DNA of 64,000 nt from Fistulifera solaris (lineage: Eukaryota): the NCBI GenBank assembly GCA_030295235.1, contig AP026130.1:1240001-1304000 (forward strand), given 5' to 3'. The notes beneath the pieces were generated by a model. It saw only the letters and a list, made by a program, of their open reading frames with translations. It made no database searches and had not been told where the DNA came from. How positions within the stretch are numbered: position 1 is the stretch's first letter; each line of letters opens with the position of its first letter. Positions 1 to 12,486 of this stretch are shown here, one piece after another. The position numbers and the translations under genes were made by a program.

Positions 1-327
1 TCCTGCGAGAATCTTATAATGCATCTCCAATTGCGAGTAAGCGTCCTTTCCGCGTCGCAAACTGATCTCGTCATCGGCACCGGAATCCAAATAATCAAAG
101 ACCATCTAAAAATGGGATGTATTGTAAGACGATTATAGATTCGACGATTCATTCGAAACAACTCTCTCCTTCTTTACCTTATGAGCCCGAGATTTAGCAA
201 TCAATCGAAGATCCGCAATGTTGACGGCCTTCTTCAGCCGGGCCTTGTAAGGCGCATCAAAGACAGCGCCCAAGGGGATCTTTTGAAGAAACTTGTGAAC
301 TCCGTACTTGTGGGGATTGAAAATCAT
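1..327 (-). CDS. FMN-dependent alpha-hydroxy acid dehydrogenase (L-lactate dehydrogenase/glycolate oxidase family), 5' part; runs off window start
   Basis: ATG at 327; exon 1 MIFNPHKY...AVNIADLRLIAKSRAHK; GT-AG intron 106-177; exon 2 MVFDYLDSGADDEISLRRGKDAY, the typical N-terminal motif of this family. Confidence 0.85.
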
Positions 328-764
328 GTTGGCAGCAACAAAAGTCAATCAATGTGAATGTACAAACTGAATAGGAATGGAACAAAGAACTATATTGTTC
401 TCTTTTATCGTCAACGACAAGGTGTTTTTTGTGTTGCTGTTTGTTGGCTTGCAAATCAAGGCGAAATTTTGTTGGAGTGCTTTTGCGACGAGGAAATGCA
501 ATGCTTACGTCATCGTACTTTTTGCGCGTATTTTCGGTCGCGTGGCTTGGCGATCTTCGTGTTCAATGACGTGGAAAAAACGATGACAGTAATGACGTCA
601 TGAACGGCACTTGTAACGCAAACGCTAGTGAAACTATGTTCGTAAGAGCTCGACTTAAATAATTTTTCACAATATTTGCATGCAATAAAAACCATTTGCA
701 TTATTATGCGATTATTATGAAAGCTACACAAATACAAAAACAAAACAAAATGAAGGACTGTCTT

Positions 765-2394
765 TCATCGCACGTAAACCGGCATGTCGGCCATGATCTC
801 GGAATAATCTTCACTCTCGGAGTACTCGGAGTCGTACTCGGAATCATCGTCACTGCCCGATGATTCTTCTTCGTCATTTTCGGTGGATGGATCCGTTACA
901 GCAGTGCCCATAGAAGAGCGCTTGGATAGCTTTGAAACGATGATGCGAGGAGACGTCTTGACAATGATGGGTTCCGATGGTGAAGGCTTGGCTTGACGTT
1001 GAGGAGACAAGGGCGGCATGGTCGCTAAACCAGCCAACAATTCGTTCATCTCATCGGCATCCATGATATCATCATCGGAACTGTAATCCGAATCAGAGTC
1101 GTAGTCACTGTCTGAATCTTCTTCGGAGCTTTCGCTTAGAAGCTCATGCATTCTGGCATGATTACTTTGACTCATTTTCGCCATGGGTACTTCTTGAATG
1201 GGCTCAATCTCTAACTCGTGCAGTGTTTCGAGCTCGGCCTTGGTGGGTCCTGCCAATGTGGCCAAAATGTCATCCATATCATTCATATCAAAGGAACGCT
1301 CGGTGAGATTCAGCATAGTGGCCGTAAACACGCGTTCGGAGATTTCGCGCTCCGTCTCTTCCACTTCTTCCAAGTTCTCGTGTCGCAGCAGTAGAGCTTC
1401 TTCGGGCTCCATTGTGCCGCACACCACCAATTGGGCGAGTTCCGGTGTCAGGGCATGTTTCGGATTGGCGATAGGACAGGAGTTGGCTGGGGATCGAACA
1501 AGTGCGGACTGGGGTCGCACACTGTTCGGCGATCGTTGTGGCCAAAAATGTCCTTCTTTTCTTCAAAGAAATCGATCCATTGTTTCCAGTGCTCTTTGCG
1601 AGCACAAGCGAGAGGAGGGTTCTGTCGGCTGTCATTCATGAACAGCATGTCAATGTCTTCTCGTAACAACAGTTCGACGGTGTCAAACGCTGGCTGGCTG
1701 GCCCAGAAGACGTCGTGGAGTAAAGTTCTACCCAACGTGTCAGCAACCTCAAATCGGCATCCATACTTCTTAAACAAGTTCAGTAATTCCGTGTCACCGC
1801 GTCGGGCAATCATGTGGATCAGCGATTCTCCTTGTTTGCTGCAAGGGTTCGCGCTGATTCCTGCTTTGAGCATGGCTTCAATCTCAGTCAAGCGGCGATT
1901 GCGCACCAAGTTGACCAGATTTACATCGTAGCTGGCAATCTGAAAGGGGGTGGGTTTGTTGAAATAGCCGCAGCTACTTGAATCGTGACGGTTTGTAGAA
2001 TAGCCACGGGAAGACAACAATCGATCGAGATACGTCTGTGGCGATTCAGTTTCGATAGTCTGCGCAGATGCGTCATGTAAGAACCTTCGCGAGTGTCGAT
2101 GAATGATGGCTATCGGAAAGGTATTCTTACCTGAACAGGAGGCTTCAGAACCGGGCTTTCTACTTCGTTCCTTTCCTCCTTCAGTGCATCTAAACGACCA
2201 GTCCTTCGAGTTGCTTTTACTGTTTTGTCGAGCGATAATCGCTCCGTCTTTCCTTCAGCATGACGGTTCTTGAACCACTTAGTGAAAAAGTTTTTATTGC
2301 TTCCTTTTCTCATTACTTCGTTCGACGGAAGTTGCAAAGCAGATTCCAGTGTCTCCGGAATCTCTGGCGGAAGAGTTTCAATGGTAAGAGGGTT
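765..2394 (-). CDS. Ankyrin-repeat protein with acidic low-complexity C-terminus
   Basis: Three ORF pieces joined by an intron (~2060-2130) and a 1-nt loss in an A5 run at ~1544-1548 (restoring DIFWPQ, as in the paralog's NVFWPQ); ankyrin motifs GESLIHMIARRG and GRTLLHDVFW. Confidence 0.8.
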
Positions 2395-3161
2395 CATTGT
2401 CAATGCAAAGCTTTCGTTGCTTTGCTTGTTGTCAAGAATGTAGTTTTTGCGTCGGTTCGAAAAGAATGGCGAGGCAAAGAAGAGGCAAATGACGATGATG
2501 GTCCACGAAATGTCAAGAGATCAAGACCAAGCAAAGGTGCAAGAATGCAAATCCTCCGCCGCAGAAACTCGTCATAATGCGCAATTGCCGTAATGTCCCA
2601 ATGGAGAAGATTTCGCACACGGCCAGTACTTCTTGCGACAGTCTGACGTGTACCACCTTGCCTTCCTACAAGTTCACACTGTTTGTGAAAAGTTTGTTCT
2701 TCACTCACAAAGTCTTATGATGAATGTGTAAGACAGTCATTTCTTTTCTCGAGTATACAATATTGTGTCGTCATTCCTTCGTTCTTTGCCGATGAAACGC
2801 CTTCGTCGAGATTAGGTACTGTAGCTTTAAAATGTACGATGACGAACAGGTCTTGCGCTTCTCGCGAAAAACCGGTTGACGTGGCGCAAATACGATCACA
2901 TCTTTCCGCCGTCCTTCGTTTCTCCGTCCATCTTTTCCACCTAGGTTGACGGCTCCTTCTCTTTAGTCTAGTTTCCCTTGATTCAATAGAGCACATAAGA
3001 ATGGTTGTTCGAGTGTATCTCGATTCTCGATGTCAACCCTAGTGAATAGTCAGGCGTAGAGCTTTGGACGAGTCAAGAAAGCTATGTGCTTCAAAAAACG
3101 GGTCGCAATAAAAAAATTATTGAAAATTGTAACGACCAGCTGTGTTGCCCGATAACACCCT

Positions 3162-4657
3162 TCATCTGGTCGAACGTACGTGATTTGAAAGCTGAAGTAG
3201 AAGGTTTTCCATCTCATTCATGTCAAAAGTATCGGTTGTGCAGCAAGTATCATCACGGTTCTCATTGTCCGAGGCAAAGCTTTTCGTATCATCGTCGGTA
3301 CTTCGCTCGTCATCGATCGTTTCCTCGCTATCGGATTCATCGGAATCTTCATTGTCGTCCTGAAATGAAACGCATCTACTTTTTGGGAGAGATCTAGCAT
3401 TTTCTGGGGCAATTTGTCCAGCAGCCACCATAGCTGCTTGCTTCGGAGACAGAGCGCCTAAAGGATCCAAAAGTGGACGAGAATCTGGTTCCAGACGAGT
3501 CAGGTCTGGACGTGTAAGCGGTACATCGCCCTGAGGCCAAAATACGTTCTTCTTTGCTTTCAAAAACGCAATCCACTGCTTCCAATAATCTTTGCGGACG
3601 TAAGAAAGGGGCGCTGCTCCGAGGCCATCCACAATATTGAGTAAATTGGCATCTGCCATCAGGATAAGTTCGATGGTGTCAAAACATGGAACTGCCCAGC
3701 ACTAACGGAATGTTAGAAAGAGAAATGAGACAATCATTCTTGAGGATATCGCATATAGATCCATTCATTGTAAACTTACCACTTCGTGTAAAGGCGTGCG
3801 ACCCAAAGAGTCTGCGACCTGGAAACTTGCCCCATATTCGAGAAAAAGCCTGAGCATTTTGCTGTCTCCTCGTCTGCAGAGAAGATGAATCAATGAATCA
3901 CCGGCACTGCTGCAGGGATTGGGAGATATTCCTGCTTGAAGCATCTTTTCGACTGCTTGGAAATCTCCATTCTTGACACGCTCCACCAAAAACGGGTCGT
4001 AGCTGCTAATTTGGAGAGGAGTAGGCCGGTTGCTATAACCCGTCTGTAGAGCTTTGAAACGCTCGGTTGAAAGTCCCCGTGAACGCAGAAAGACATCGAG
4101 ATACCCTTGTGGTGACAGCCAGTTTGTCTAGAAAGGTTAACACAAATTGTTAGGCCAGGTTTGGCTTACAACGTCGAAACAAGTTGCGCTTACCTCTTTG
4201 TCCGAGCTCGTCCCCGATGCAGTCGAGTCGAAACTACGGATCGATTTAGTTGAACAAAGACTGTGATTCGAAGTTGATAAGCTGCTGATTCGACTGTCCT
4301 GGCGACGCATCTTCACATTGATAGTATATTCTTTGGGGGTAATGATACAGTCTCTGGGAGTGATCGTGTATTCTTGTGGAGTTTCTACGCTCTCCTTGCT
4401 GAGAGTGCTTGGTGAATGCACCGTTACAGAATCCGATGAACTTTTCGCGGGAAAAGCTATCTCCGGCTGCAAAACCTTCTGCTTTTGTTTTCCATTTCCA
4501 CGACGCTGAAAGAGCCAGTTTCCAAAGAATACCTTGCTTGCGGATTTATCAGGGGCGGTTGATGAACATCATTTCCTCGATTGGACGCTAAGAAGACAGC
4601 TTGCAAACCAAGAGGAATGCGGCTGCTCTTTTGCTTCATTGAAGTTTCCTCTGTCAT
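3162..4657 (-). CDS. Ankyrin-repeat protein, tandem paralog of 765-2394
   Basis: Introns 4128-4193 and 3702-3779; shares SPQxYLD..L.SRG, PTP.QI.SYD, GISxNPCS..G.SLIH, HWKQWI.F motifs with the upstream gene; probable 1-nt homopolymer indel near 4553 in the N-terminus, so the start is uncertain. Confidence 0.78.
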
Positions 4658-6359
4658 GATGTTTTGGTTTTTGATATCATCAAAGGCTTTGATCTGGTTT
4701 ATGAGGAGCGAGGAGAGAAAATGAGCCGATCCACTCCTTCAACTATCCCGAGAGGATTTCGTTGACATATTTGACATCCCCGCCATTCTTTCTGTCTTGT
4801 CGTCTCGTTTCTTATTGCCCGAGCTGGCTTTAGGCTTCAGTCATTCTGTAGTCATCAAAAACGAACCGTAATCTGCCATCCTTACATTAGTGTATATTAA
4901 AAGCTTGTTATGCCTTTTCCTATTGGAACATTTCTATTATTGCTCTAACTATGACTGTATATTTTAAAAGTACGGTTTGAAAAAATTGATACATTTAGCA
5001 TTCGGACGCTATGAAGGCCCAAAGCGATTGCTGCTTAGAAACTGACTTGCAGTATTAGTTTTTAGGCTCCAGTTTAGAGTTTAGACTCCTTTAGAGACTC
5101 TAGACTTTAGACCACAGACTCTCTCTAGCTTCTAGCTAGAGATTCGCATACGACTCCTCACCTCCTCGTCGGCTATCCGCAATATTTGATTACTTGGAGT
5201 ATGGGCTGCATTTAGAGTTTAGAGATTAGAGGGATTAGATTAAAAAAGAAGTTATGGGACATGGGACTTTGACGCTTCCCTACTCCCCTGCGGATCAATT
5301 GAAAGCGACACCGGATCCCCGAGCCCGAGACCTTAACTTGGTAATTGAATGATCACTTGTTGTAGCACGGGATAATTTGTTCAACGCCTGAAGAACAAAG
5401 AACGTAAAAGTCTTGAGGAGTTTGGAGAAATAGCAATTCATAATGCAGTTTATGAATACGTGATCGACAATTTCTACAGATTAAGAAACATAAAAAATAT
5501 ACAAGACAAAGCCGCACAGACCACACAGCGCTTGTCTCTAGTTCGAGCCATGACAATAGTTTTCCCGTTGTTCCTCGTTCCGCGTTCAGTGGCGATCTTG
5601 GTTCGTGATCCGTATCTAAAGTTCGACCCTTTTTAGGATCGAGTTCGACTCCCACATCATACTTTAACAACAGTCCATGCAACTGCAACAATGCACTACC
5701 ATGCAATTATAGCAGACACGCCAAATACTAATTATGATTACAATCAATAAGAAGATCATTGGCTCAGCACAAGATATCGACCGCGTTTACATTAAACAAA
5801 GAAACTAACAACTAAGCGACAGGGAGCTCCAATGATCCAACATCCAACATCGTCAAACAGCTATTTCTCCTTCTCTATGGAGTAGCTAGAGACTTTATGA
5901 CGAATAGATGTACCAAATTGTCTATATTTTAGTTCGGCCCCTCTACATCGACAAGGTCGTTTACGGCTTTACAAGAAAAAAAGTACCGGGACTGAAATTT
6001 CATTGAGTCACAATTTTTGTTCAGGAAGGCTTATGAGGAAACTAACGCACTTCATTCCAAAACAGAAATACTAGCAACATTCATTTTGGTTTTTGGTCTC
6101 CTAGTATTCTTCTTCTTGGATTCACGATTTGGTGTCTAGCTAAGCCACGGCTCAAATTTATGAATATTTTTGTTGCATACAGTACGTTTTAGACTAGTGC
6201 TAGGGGCAAAGTTAGAACGGCAGTACGTCACGATTTTTTCCACTTTTCGTCATTCGAGCAAAAACTCGTCCTCGGCGTTTGTTTCTATGACTTGGCAATG
6301 GCAAATCCAATCTGATTTGCCTCACTGATAGTTACTTCCTATATTTGATACCAGATAAA

Positions 6360-7121
6360 ATGAAGTCGTTTCACGCCTTTCTCTTCTTCGCATCCCTTGC
6401 GCATTCCGATGCCTTTTCTGCGTCTCAACCTACGAGAATATCGGTACGGTCAAATATTTGTGAACAGACAGTGAGAATTTCAACTGCAACATGGGCTTTT
6501 CTAAACATTGGTTGTACAATTCAATCACTACAGACTTCTCTTTCAGCTTTCCCCACAGAAGTCATCGCAGTGAGTCCTTGTGGTTGTGTCGAAGCCATAA
6601 CAACATTCATCCGTGAGCTCATCAACTTGTTTCTCTTGGTCGATTTTACTCTTGCAGGCTCTTTCTTCACCCGAAGTCCCCGTTGACGTTTTAGCGGTAA
6701 GTATCCTTACGTGGTCTGGCACGATATATCAACTTCAAGGTCCTTATTCTCACTGCTGCCAAAGAGCTCGGGCGTCCAAGCAAAAGTTGTCGCCACTGGA
6801 GCTGGCGTTGCCGCTGCTTTGGCCGGATTCTTTGGATTCCGAAAGAGTGACAGCACGCCTTCTCCTAGCCCAGCCCCTCCGGTGGCCAAGCCAGAACCCA
6901 TTGACGTTTCTATTCCCTACGATGCCGCTGCGCGTCTCGATTTTACAGCGTGGTTGGCCACCCATCCGGAGGCTGTGAACGACGATACTACCTTTGCGAA
7001 ATTCAAACCCCTTTACGAAGCAAAAGCCGTCGCTGACGTGATTGTCAAGAAACAAATGCGGGATCTCCAGTTGGCGCAAGATGCCGCCGCTGCGGCAGCG
7101 AAAGCGTTGGACGAGCTTTGA
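6360..7121 (+). CDS. Probable plastid-targeted small membrane protein with two micro-exons
   Basis: Signal peptide ending SDA-F (ASAFAP-like); GT-AG introns at ~6444-6533, ~6571-6657, ~6697-6764 leave ~36-39-nt exons that stay in frame; then a hydrophobic VVATGAGVAAALAGFFGF, a Pro-rich linker and an IDVSIPYDAAARL motif. Confidence 0.7.
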
Positions 7122-7245
7122 GATGATCGAGACGACAACCACTTTTACGTTGAGATATACCGATGCCATCGATACCTTATAAACTAGCGGTTACATGTTT
7201 GTGTATGTTAAATCTTGCAGCTTATGCTGATTCACTAATTAGTTC

Positions 7246-8177
7246 TTAGCGATAGTTGGCATACAAATCTTGGAAGTTGCCCTGGTTGGCTTTTCCCGCC
7301 ATGGAGTTATAGGCCTGTGCCTTTTGACTGTCACCGCTTCCGTACATTTGTTCTTTCTCAGCCTTTTGCGCCTGCAAAGCCATTTGTTGGGCGTATTCCT
7401 GGAAGGATACATAACCATCACCTGGAATGTAAATTGTTAGTGCGTTAATTACAATAGTATCGAGGGCATCGGCATTTCACATCACGTCACGTACCATCAT
7501 GATCAAAGTCCTCAAATTTCGGGTAGTCTTTCTCTTGCAGTCCAGGATAGTTTGATAAGTAATCACGCACATACATATTGAATTCAGCCCGACTGATGCG
7601 ATCGTCTCCGTCGATATCGGGCTGCTTGAATTCGTCATAATCTCTCTGCAAAGCTTCTAATTCGTGTTTCTCCTCCACTTGTAACAGAGCTTGTTGAAGC
7701 TGCTGCACCGCCGATTGCAGTTCTTGATTCTGTTCAGTGAGTTTGTAAACGTCATTGTAGTACTGAGAATAAAGCTCTTTTGTTCCTTTTGAAACTTGGT
7801 TTTCACTTTTTTGACGGCGCGGCTCGAATGATACTTTGCACCCATGAACCATGATGCTCCACAGCCAACGAGAAACTTTCCCCATCCCATTCCGCTATAA
7901 TGACAAAGAGTATGGGGTAAATGCCGACAATGTGAGACGCTTTGAATGTGTTTTACAAGTAAATCAACCGACTCGACGATTTTTCTTACCCTCCTCCACC
8001 GGCAGCTTTGACTTGCTGCCGTTGCGCGTAGTCAGCATATAAATTATCTTGCTGTCCGTAGTCATCTGCGTACTCCTGGTAATCTTGATAGTCGCCATAA
8101 TCAGCATAATCCCCACTTTGCCCTTCAATTAACGAAGTAGAAGCGAGTAGAACGAGAAGTGATGCAAGTAATTTCAT
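7246..8177 (-). CDS. Signal peptide + Tyr/Asp/Gln-rich ectodomain + TM + coiled coil + two EF-hands
   Basis: Introns 7895-7989 and ~7422-7494; 1-nt loss in an A-run near 7779; EF loops DIDGDDRISRAE and DHDGDGYVSFQE; TAA at 7246. Confidence 0.75.
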
Positions 8178-8568
8178 TTTGGAAGTGCAGTTTGATGGTT
8201 TGCTCGACTCGGACGCTCTAGTTACAACCAGAGAAAGGTGAGTGTAGATTGTTTATAATAATAACAACAAAGGAAAAGCTTACAAGTGCATCAACCGATG
8301 TTTGATGGTTGAATTGGCGACCTGTTGAAATTGATATGTCGCGTCTTTTGAGTTTTCACGGCGGCAAAACACGTGGAAGGTGAATCCGTCAACCGTTAGT
8401 TTCCTTTTACTATGGGCATTTGTGTTAGTTTACGTCCCTCCGTCGTCCGCCGCGATCTCGCGATCTATTATTTTCGCATCGGCGGCACAGACGCAATAAA
8501 TACACGTTGCAATTCAAAGACACTTTTGTTTCTCAAAGGACGTCGATACAATAATATTTCGTCTTACC

Positions 8569-9190
8569 ATGTTATCGCGATTCTGTAATCTCTTTTGCTG
8601 CGTTGTACTCCTCCTGTCGGGCAGAAACGTCCTCGCGCAGAGCTCTTATCAAGATTATGATTACGATCAAGGCTACGACCAAGGATACGAACAGCAGCAA
8701 AGCTACGAGCAAGACACCCTTTACAGTGATTACGCGGCAAGACAGCAAGAAAAGGAGGTTGCCGGGTGAGTCTTTGACGCGTGGAAGCGTAATCTGTATT
8801 TAAAATTAGCTCGGCCTCACATTATGCTCATTATCTTTCCGTTACCGCTTCGTGACCTTATGGCTATTATCTTAAAATTGCCGCGACTTTTGCTTTTCGC
8901 CATGCTATCCGTTTTGTCGCAAACACGCAATTTCATTTTTGTTTTCTTTGTTTCCTTCAATAAAATAGAGCTGCTGGCATGGGATGGGGCAAGATTGCCA
9001 TGGGCGGCGCTTTGGGTTGGGTTCTGGGCGGAAAGTTTCATTCACGACGCGTGACCAAAAACTCAATGCCAAACACAAAGAAGAACAAAAGGCCGTCTAT
9101 CAGCAATACTACAATGATGTGTACGCGCTGCAACAACAAAATGCTGAACTCATCAGTGCACTGGAAAAGTTTGGTGCTCGTGTTCGGTAA
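8569..9190 (+). CDS. Divergently transcribed paralog of 7246-8177 lacking the EF hands
   Basis: Signal peptide, YDYDQGYDQGYEQ tract, intron 8766-8968 at the same codon position as in the paralog, GMGWGK...QYYNDVY; 1-nt loss in an A-run near 9057. Confidence 0.75.
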
Positions 9191-9463
9191 ACATTCTATC
9201 GACATCCTAATTGGAGATAAAGAATTGTTTGCTTTTACCGTCAACTATTATTACAACTCACTGCACTATCGAGAGTTCTATACTGTCTTTTCTAGATGCT
9301 GTTGTAGCTCGTAAAAATGGAAATGCAATATGATGGTTACGTAGAAGTAGTTACACTGCTCGTTACAAGTCTAGTTGACCGAATCACCAAAGATTTCGGC
9401 AAAGAACATTATGCAATATCTTTACACACAACAGGAGACAGACACAATCAAGAAAGATCCTCA

Positions 9464-9946
9464 TCAGTAGTCGATAGCAGAATGGACCCGCCAGTCGACG
9501 GGATTGTCGTCGCGCGAACTCGTCATTTTCGGGGGACTAACAATGTAGTGACTATCGTCAATCTCCTTCTCTCCGCGTTTACGCTTTCCACCAATTTGCT
9601 TGACCTTTTCGTTGATCTTCTTGTGTAGAGGCTTCTTCTTGGTCCCTGCGGACGCCTTCGATGGTTTCTTTGAAGCAAGTTTCGATTTTGCCGGAAATGC
9701 GTCGTCGTCACTCAATCCTTCCTCGCTTTCGTCTTCCGAGGGCAAAGACGAGGCTTTCGTGTCAACAGTGGCGTCATCTTCATCCTTCTCAGCTTTTACA
9801 AACTTGGTGGGGCGCTTTTTCTCTTCGAAATCACTGTCACTGTCCTCACGATAGGTCGCGGCAGATCGACGAGCAGCGTTGCGACGAGGACGACTGTCAG
9901 CACCTTTGCCAGTCTCTTGCCACACTTTTTTCGTCTTAGGAGCCAT
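9464..9946 (-). CDS. Lys/acidic-rich hypothetical protein, probably nuclear
   Basis: 160-aa ATG ORF in good context with basic clusters (KRKR) and acidic tracts. Confidence 0.6.
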   Translation of the reverse strand: MAPKTKKVWQETGKGADSRPRRNAARRSAATYREDSDSDFEEKKRPTKFVKAEKDEDDATVDTKASSLPSEDESEEGLSDDDAFPAKSKLASKKPSKASAGTKKKPLHKKINEKVKQIGGKRKRGEKEIDDSHYIVSPPKMTSSRDDNPVDWRVHSAIDY

Positions 9947-11081
9947 GGTGAAAGGAAGAAGGAGAAAGAATGAAGTTGTAATTACAAAGATGCAAATGAA
10001 TGAGTGCTTGCCCTTTTGCTGTGAAGATTATGCTGGCAATCGATGAGCATTGCTTCTTGCTCGAACGCGCGCTTGTTATTTTTCACGTCGTTTTTGTTCC
10101 TTCACGTTTCGCGCGCTTCAGCATGAGTTCTATTTCTATCGACAATCAACACCTCTTTCCATCTTACCGGTACCGCATGGTTGCCTTTATTTATGCGCAA
10201 ACCGTCACTCGGAGATAATAGAAAAGTAGATAGTATTATAAAGTAGCTAAGGAGTATATCCTTATAGTGTAGGAACGTGTACCGGACCCAGTTGGAGGGA
10301 GTTTTTTCTGATCGATATGTAACGAATCACAAGTCACGAGCCGTCACTCGTCACTCGTCACACAGCCATGAAGATGAAGTGGGGAACAGAAAATGTCCGT
10401 CTCTCAAACAGAACCGAAATTCGGAACATCTTCGAACAAAGATGCCGTTTCTCACTTCTCCGCTTGCCGGCATTGACGAAGATTACTTAGATCTTAGATA
10501 GGTACAAAGTACAAAGCCTTTAGGACAAAAAGACCTCCATTATTTGATGGTAAAAGGACTTGGCTCCAAACGTGATCGATTGCGGATTGCGGCGAACATC
10601 GGACAACCAACTCCTCACTCCTTATTCCTGATTCCTAACGTAATGCTGTTCTTGTTTCCTAAGCCCGTCAATAACATGGTACGTATTGTACTTTAACATG
10701 TAAGTACCGCACGTGAACCAGGCGGGGGAGTCCATAAGGATAAATTTGTCGTGGACATTTTCGACCTCGTCAAGAACATGTTAGCTACATACTGAAGGGA
10801 TAAGATGCTGTTCATACTCAATTGTACCTTAGCGACTCCTCACAATCTGACTGGACCTTTACATACAAGGGACCAAGAAGTAGACTTTTGAAACGACTTT
10901 ATCGAAACCATGACCGAAATTCTCATCAGGAAAGAAAAAATGGGATACTTTCTCCTTCTCGCTTGAAGCCACGCCGCCGTGGATGACGAGGAAATATGCA
11001 AAAACGCATCGACTTCTCCATAATTCTTGACACCGCTCGCAAACGCACAAGAACAACATCAATCGAAAAGAAAACAAAAGA

Positions 11082-11744
11082 ATGGAACTCCCTTACTTAG
11101 CTTCCGCTATTGAAATGAACAACATGGCCATTTCATTAACCGAGCGACATCATTATTCGGAAGCCTTCAAGACATTCAAACTCGCGTTGCAAGTTCTTCA
11201 AGGGAATTTGACGGTGTCGGAAGTCGAACATAAACTCTATCGGGCTCAGTTGTACATGCAAACTGAAAGCGATGAGGAGCTATCTTTCGAGCAAGAGCAG
11301 GACGGAAGACGAGAATGCCTCGTCAGAATTCGCACTTTTCACGGGCACGATCTTCTTTTTCGACCAACAGAGATGGCAGATGAATCATCAGCGTTTACCT
11401 GTACATTGATCTATCTCCAGGAATCCGATCTTCCTAAATGCGGCAATTCGGTGGAAATTTATGCTGCTCTGTTGTCCTGTATATTGCAAAACCAAGCGCA
11501 AGTCTGTCGGAAAATCTCCCAAGATGAAGAAGATGGAAAAAAGTCCACTGCGTTGCGACACAAATGGATTCAGTTAAACACGTTGGCTGAAGCCTTTTCC
11601 GATAAGCACGGCAAAATTTTTTCTGACGGGTTTTGGAAGTCGGCAACCAAATCACTTCCTGAGATGCCCCGCAAGAGCACTCCACCACGACGACCCTTGC
11701 GTAGGGCTGACTCAGCTCTTTCCCCTCGAGCGAAACACAAATAA
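11082..11744 (+). CDS. Hypothetical protein (helical N-terminus, C-terminal PPRRPLRRADS)
   Basis: 220-aa ATG ORF. Confidence 0.65.
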   Translation: MELPYLASAIEMNNMAISLTERHHYSEAFKTFKLALQVLQGNLTVSEVEHKLYRAQLYMQTESDEELSFEQEQDGRRECLVRIRTFHGHDLLFRPTEMADESSAFTCTLIYLQESDLPKCGNSVEIYAALLSCILQNQAQVCRKISQDEEDGKKSTALRHKWIQLNTLAEAFSDKHGKIFSDGFWKSATKSLPEMPRKSTPPRRPLRRADSALSPRAKHK

Positions 11745-12486
11745 GACGTTTAAGAAGCCCTTGATCAGCAGTCGGCAGATACGAAATGCGAACAAAGCTG
11801 TTTCCACTTTTTACAGATAAAATTAGATTTCCATACTCAAAATCATATCATCATCTTGAGTTTTATGCGTACTCTTGTGTTAGGAACGTATAATGCTAGT
11901 TGGTTTGGTGGTGTACATGGAGCGATGAGATACGTATTTCGCCGTGCGTATTTATGACCACAGAAACGCTCTTCGACGGTTGCTTTTTCAGAAAAGCTTT
12001 GCATCCGTACTGGTAGCTGGTAGACGACCGGCGACGACTCTCTCTACAGCATCGCCCGCTATTCGACAAGAACTTGTCCAGGATGCCATCTTCGTTCTAA
12101 GAAAAGTGTTTGTGATGAATAGCTATTTGTTGTGAAATTTGAGAGCAGCGCGTTCATTTTTGTTAACCTTGCAAAAGAAAGTCAGTACCGCTGAGATAGA
12201 GACAGGTTTTTAATAGTAATTCGTGACTCAGTTGTTTCTTGACTCGACGACTTACCGCCATACTAAAATTTCCACCGCGTTGATTTCAATTGAAGACGAA
12301 GACAATGGCAAGGGAAACCTGATTGCTATTGACGCGCAGTAATCGGTAAGTTGTTTTTGACTTTCAAGTAAATTTTGCTTTAGATAATAATCGAGAAAAA
12401 GCTGGTCATTTGTGCGTTGTTTCATTTGGAGGTAAAAATCTTACGTTGTCGTCCCTGTGTCCTGGTGACCCTCAGAACAATACACA

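Noticed and set aside
5060..5245. Telomere-like TTTAGAG/TTAGAG runs
   Set aside because: Irregular and internal; part of the general period-7 stutter rather than a telomeric tract
8766..8968. Unusually long (203-nt) intron as a possible snoRNA host
   Set aside because: No convincing C/D or H/ACA boxes with terminal stems seen by eye
7770..9065. Programmed frameshifting in both paralogs at similar positions
   Set aside because: Both breaks are single-A losses in A-runs at non-identical codons, matching the window-wide homopolymer error pattern
12305..12322. Tiny uORF (MARET*) before the RPLP1 5'UTR intron
   Set aside because: The transcription start is unknown and it may lie upstream of the mRNA; no supporting evidence
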